A DNA stretch of 64,000 nucleotides from Octopus sinensis (taxonomy: Eukaryota), in contig NC_043014.1 in NCBI RefSeq assembly GCF_006345805.1, forward strand, positions 45,074,001 through 45,138,000, read 5' to 3'. Made by a program: the position numbers and the translations under genes. This document shows positions 61,720 through 64,000 of the stretch, piece by piece; positions within the stretch are counted from its first letter, which is position 1, and the number at the start of each line of letters is the position of its first letter. The notes below the pieces were generated by a model. That model worked only from the letters and a program-made list of their open reading frames with translations. It was not told the DNA's origin and did not search any database.

Positions 61720-62185
61720 TTATTTTAGTCATTTCAGTCACTGACTGCATCCATGCTGGGGCACCAGCCTGAAATAATTATTCAAACTAATTGACCGCAG
61801 TACATATTTTTAAGTCTATTGGTCTCTTTTTGTTGAACTAATAATTCATATGAATGTAAGCACAACACAGGTTATCAAGAATGCTGTAATGATAAACACA
61901 AAAATGCACAAATAATAACACAATATATTACTCACACCTGCACATGGAAAGATATATATATATATATATATATCCCTCTCTCTCTCTCTCTCGGAGAAGC
62001 ACAAGCACCTACACATACATATACACACACGGCAGTAACTTCCGCCCACCAAATTCAATCACAAAGCTTTGGTCGGCCTGGGGCTATAGCAGAAGATATT
62101 TGCCCAAAGTGCCACAAAGTGGGACTGAACCCAAAACCATGTAGCTAGGAAGGAAGCTCCGTAGCCACAAGCCATGCCCGTGCCA
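61720..62185 (-). mobile_element. SINE family B, old copy
   Basis: Degenerate head gtgggactgaacccaaaaccatg and tail cagtcactgactgcatccatgctgg. Confidence 0.7.
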
Positions 62186-62449
62186 TATATATAGACACAA
62201 ACATATATATTTATACATACATATGTACATACATACATACATACATATGTATAATGAGCTTTCACATGGTTTCCATCCATCCATCCATCCAATGAATTTA
62301 CTCAAAAGGCATTAGTTAACCCTATTTGCCAGGGATGCCATGTAGCAAAACATGAAGCTATGTGATTGCAAAGTGAATTAATTTATAATACAACATTACT
62401 GCATATATACCATCACACACACACATACACAACCTGAAATTACAGTAGA

Positions 62450-63625
62450 GGGCTATACATCAGCCACATTAGGTCTGGGCAGTTAGAGCTACCTATATCA
62501 TCACTGGTTGAAGAATTCAAGGTAGCAAAGTGTAGGGTTATGATGATGTCTAAAGACTCCAGCAATGAAAAGATCAGAAAAGTACCTGTAACTACAAGAT
62601 TAAAACTCAAGTAGATAGATGAAAATGCAGTGACACATGAAGAAGGAGAAACAAAGGTTCAGGGCTGTGGAATATGGGTCTCAAAGAGCCTGAACAAAGT
62701 GGGATCTGCAAAAGCAAAAGATCAAAAGGCCCATATTTTGAAGCATGAAGTCCTTCTGCATCTCTTTCCTGTGCTAATCAGTGACATCTCCCAACACTAA
62801 CAAACTTACACAGATGAAAAATAAAAGGACTTTCAGGGGAGACTACATGGATAGGTATACCAACATACATACTAGCATGCTACAAGACTACTTTTAGCCA
62901 GATAGGGATATATAGGCGAGGAGATATCGATAGCACCATGACAAGGTCCTCAGAGTACTGGCTGACATTTCGGAACAGAAGAGACAAAGAATGTCACACC
63001 CATGTCAGATCCTCTCCAGCTGTTCAGTTCATGAGGGAGTAGGGGAAGCCAATCTCCTTCAAAAAGACTAAGAACAACTTCCCTGCAGGCAGCACAATCA
63101 TGAGAGATGAGGGTGAGCCTGGGAAGGAAAGTTCACTTTCCCCAAATTGTCCAAATATCTTTGGGGCCCAACAGAGCCATATAATCAAAGGAGGCATAAT
63201 AATGCTTATTGAACTGATAGCCTCATAGGAAGATGGATGTAGGGAGGTTTCAAGAGAGAAAAGTCACCAGGTACCAGGATCTGGCACAGCAGTGTAGGAG
63301 AAAAGTTTGGCAGTCTGGCTATTTTTAATTGAAGTTGGCTACAGGGTCTTCTCAGCATAGTCTGTGTTGAAGACGGTGATAGCTCTGGGAGTGGCAGGAA
63401 AGTAGAGGAAGGCAGCTGCTCAGAAACTGGAGAAGCAACAGAAAGAGCATTTTGCTGGCCCTGGAAGAAGTGGAAAATATTAAGCTGGAAGCTACAATAA
63501 GATGGGCAGTGACTGTCTACTACAATACCTACAGTGATGGCCAGTGGATTAAGGTTAAAACACCCAAGGAAAGTTGAACACTACTTGATGACTTTTTCTC
63601 CTGGCTGAAAGCTAGTTATAAGAGT
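62450..63625 (+). mobile_element. HERO-like (R2 group, restriction-like endonuclease) non-LTR retrotransposon 3' portion, decayed
   Basis: LELPISSLVEEFKVAKCRV, RYR*HHDKVLRVLAD, IELIAS*EDGC, YQDLAQQCR, IEVGYRVF and ATERAFCWPW match HERO C-terminal motifs (RHD, IELTVPWE, IEVGCRG). Confidence 0.85.
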
Positions 63626-63719
63626 GTGAGTGAATCTTGTTAGCATCTCTAATGTATAACGATAGTAAATATGTACATATATTTGTGTGTGTGTATGTGC
63701 GTAGGTGTACCTATTGCAT

Positions 63720-63945
63720 CATAATCATCATAACCACTCTTCCATTCTTGCATAAGTCAAACAGAATTCATTGAAATAGACTTACTATGACTGGATATCC
63801 TTCCTATTATCAACCCTCACTTGTTTTCAAGCAAAGTAATATTTTCTCATGACCAGAGATGTTTTCATGGCAGATTGGAAATGAATGATTCCACTTGTGT
63901 GACTGCAACATTCATTTACAACTATCACACAATGTCAAGAAGAGG
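63720..63945 (-). mobile_element. Old RTE-type 3' region
   Basis: actggatatccttcctattatcaaccc block next to a (cat)n-like tail. Confidence 0.55.
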
Positions 63946-64000
63946 AAACTAAAACACACACACACACACACACAGATACATATATACATGTACATGACAG

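Overview
AT-rich, microsatellite- and transposon-dense eukaryotic genomic DNA. The tRNA-derived SINE families, the RTE-type (GAT)n tails and the (TA)n/(CA)n load point to an octopus genome (inference from repeat families, no database search). No intact protein-coding gene can be called with confidence; most listed ORFs are microsatellite or TE artefacts. Decayed DNA transposons: two nested Tc1 elements, a DD41D rosa-type element with an internal scrambled duplication, mariner, hAT and piggyBac derivatives. Also present: four non-autonomous Helitrons from two families, one RepHel deletion derivative, a HERO-like RLE retrotransposon fragment, RTE/CR1/Penelope fragments and more than 20 SINEs, several with 12-26 bp TSDs. 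Most interesting: near-perfect fold-back palindromes beside (TA)n tracts, one carrying a complete minimal type-I hammerhead ribozyme motif on both strands (37584-37964); a 351-bp unit bounded by structured 72-bp direct repeats; antisense SINE-in-SINE nests; a 794-bp tandem duplication; and weak minus-strand exon candidates suggesting the window is mostly intron of a long gene or pseudogene. All alignments and translations were done by eye, so coordinates of decayed elements are approximate.
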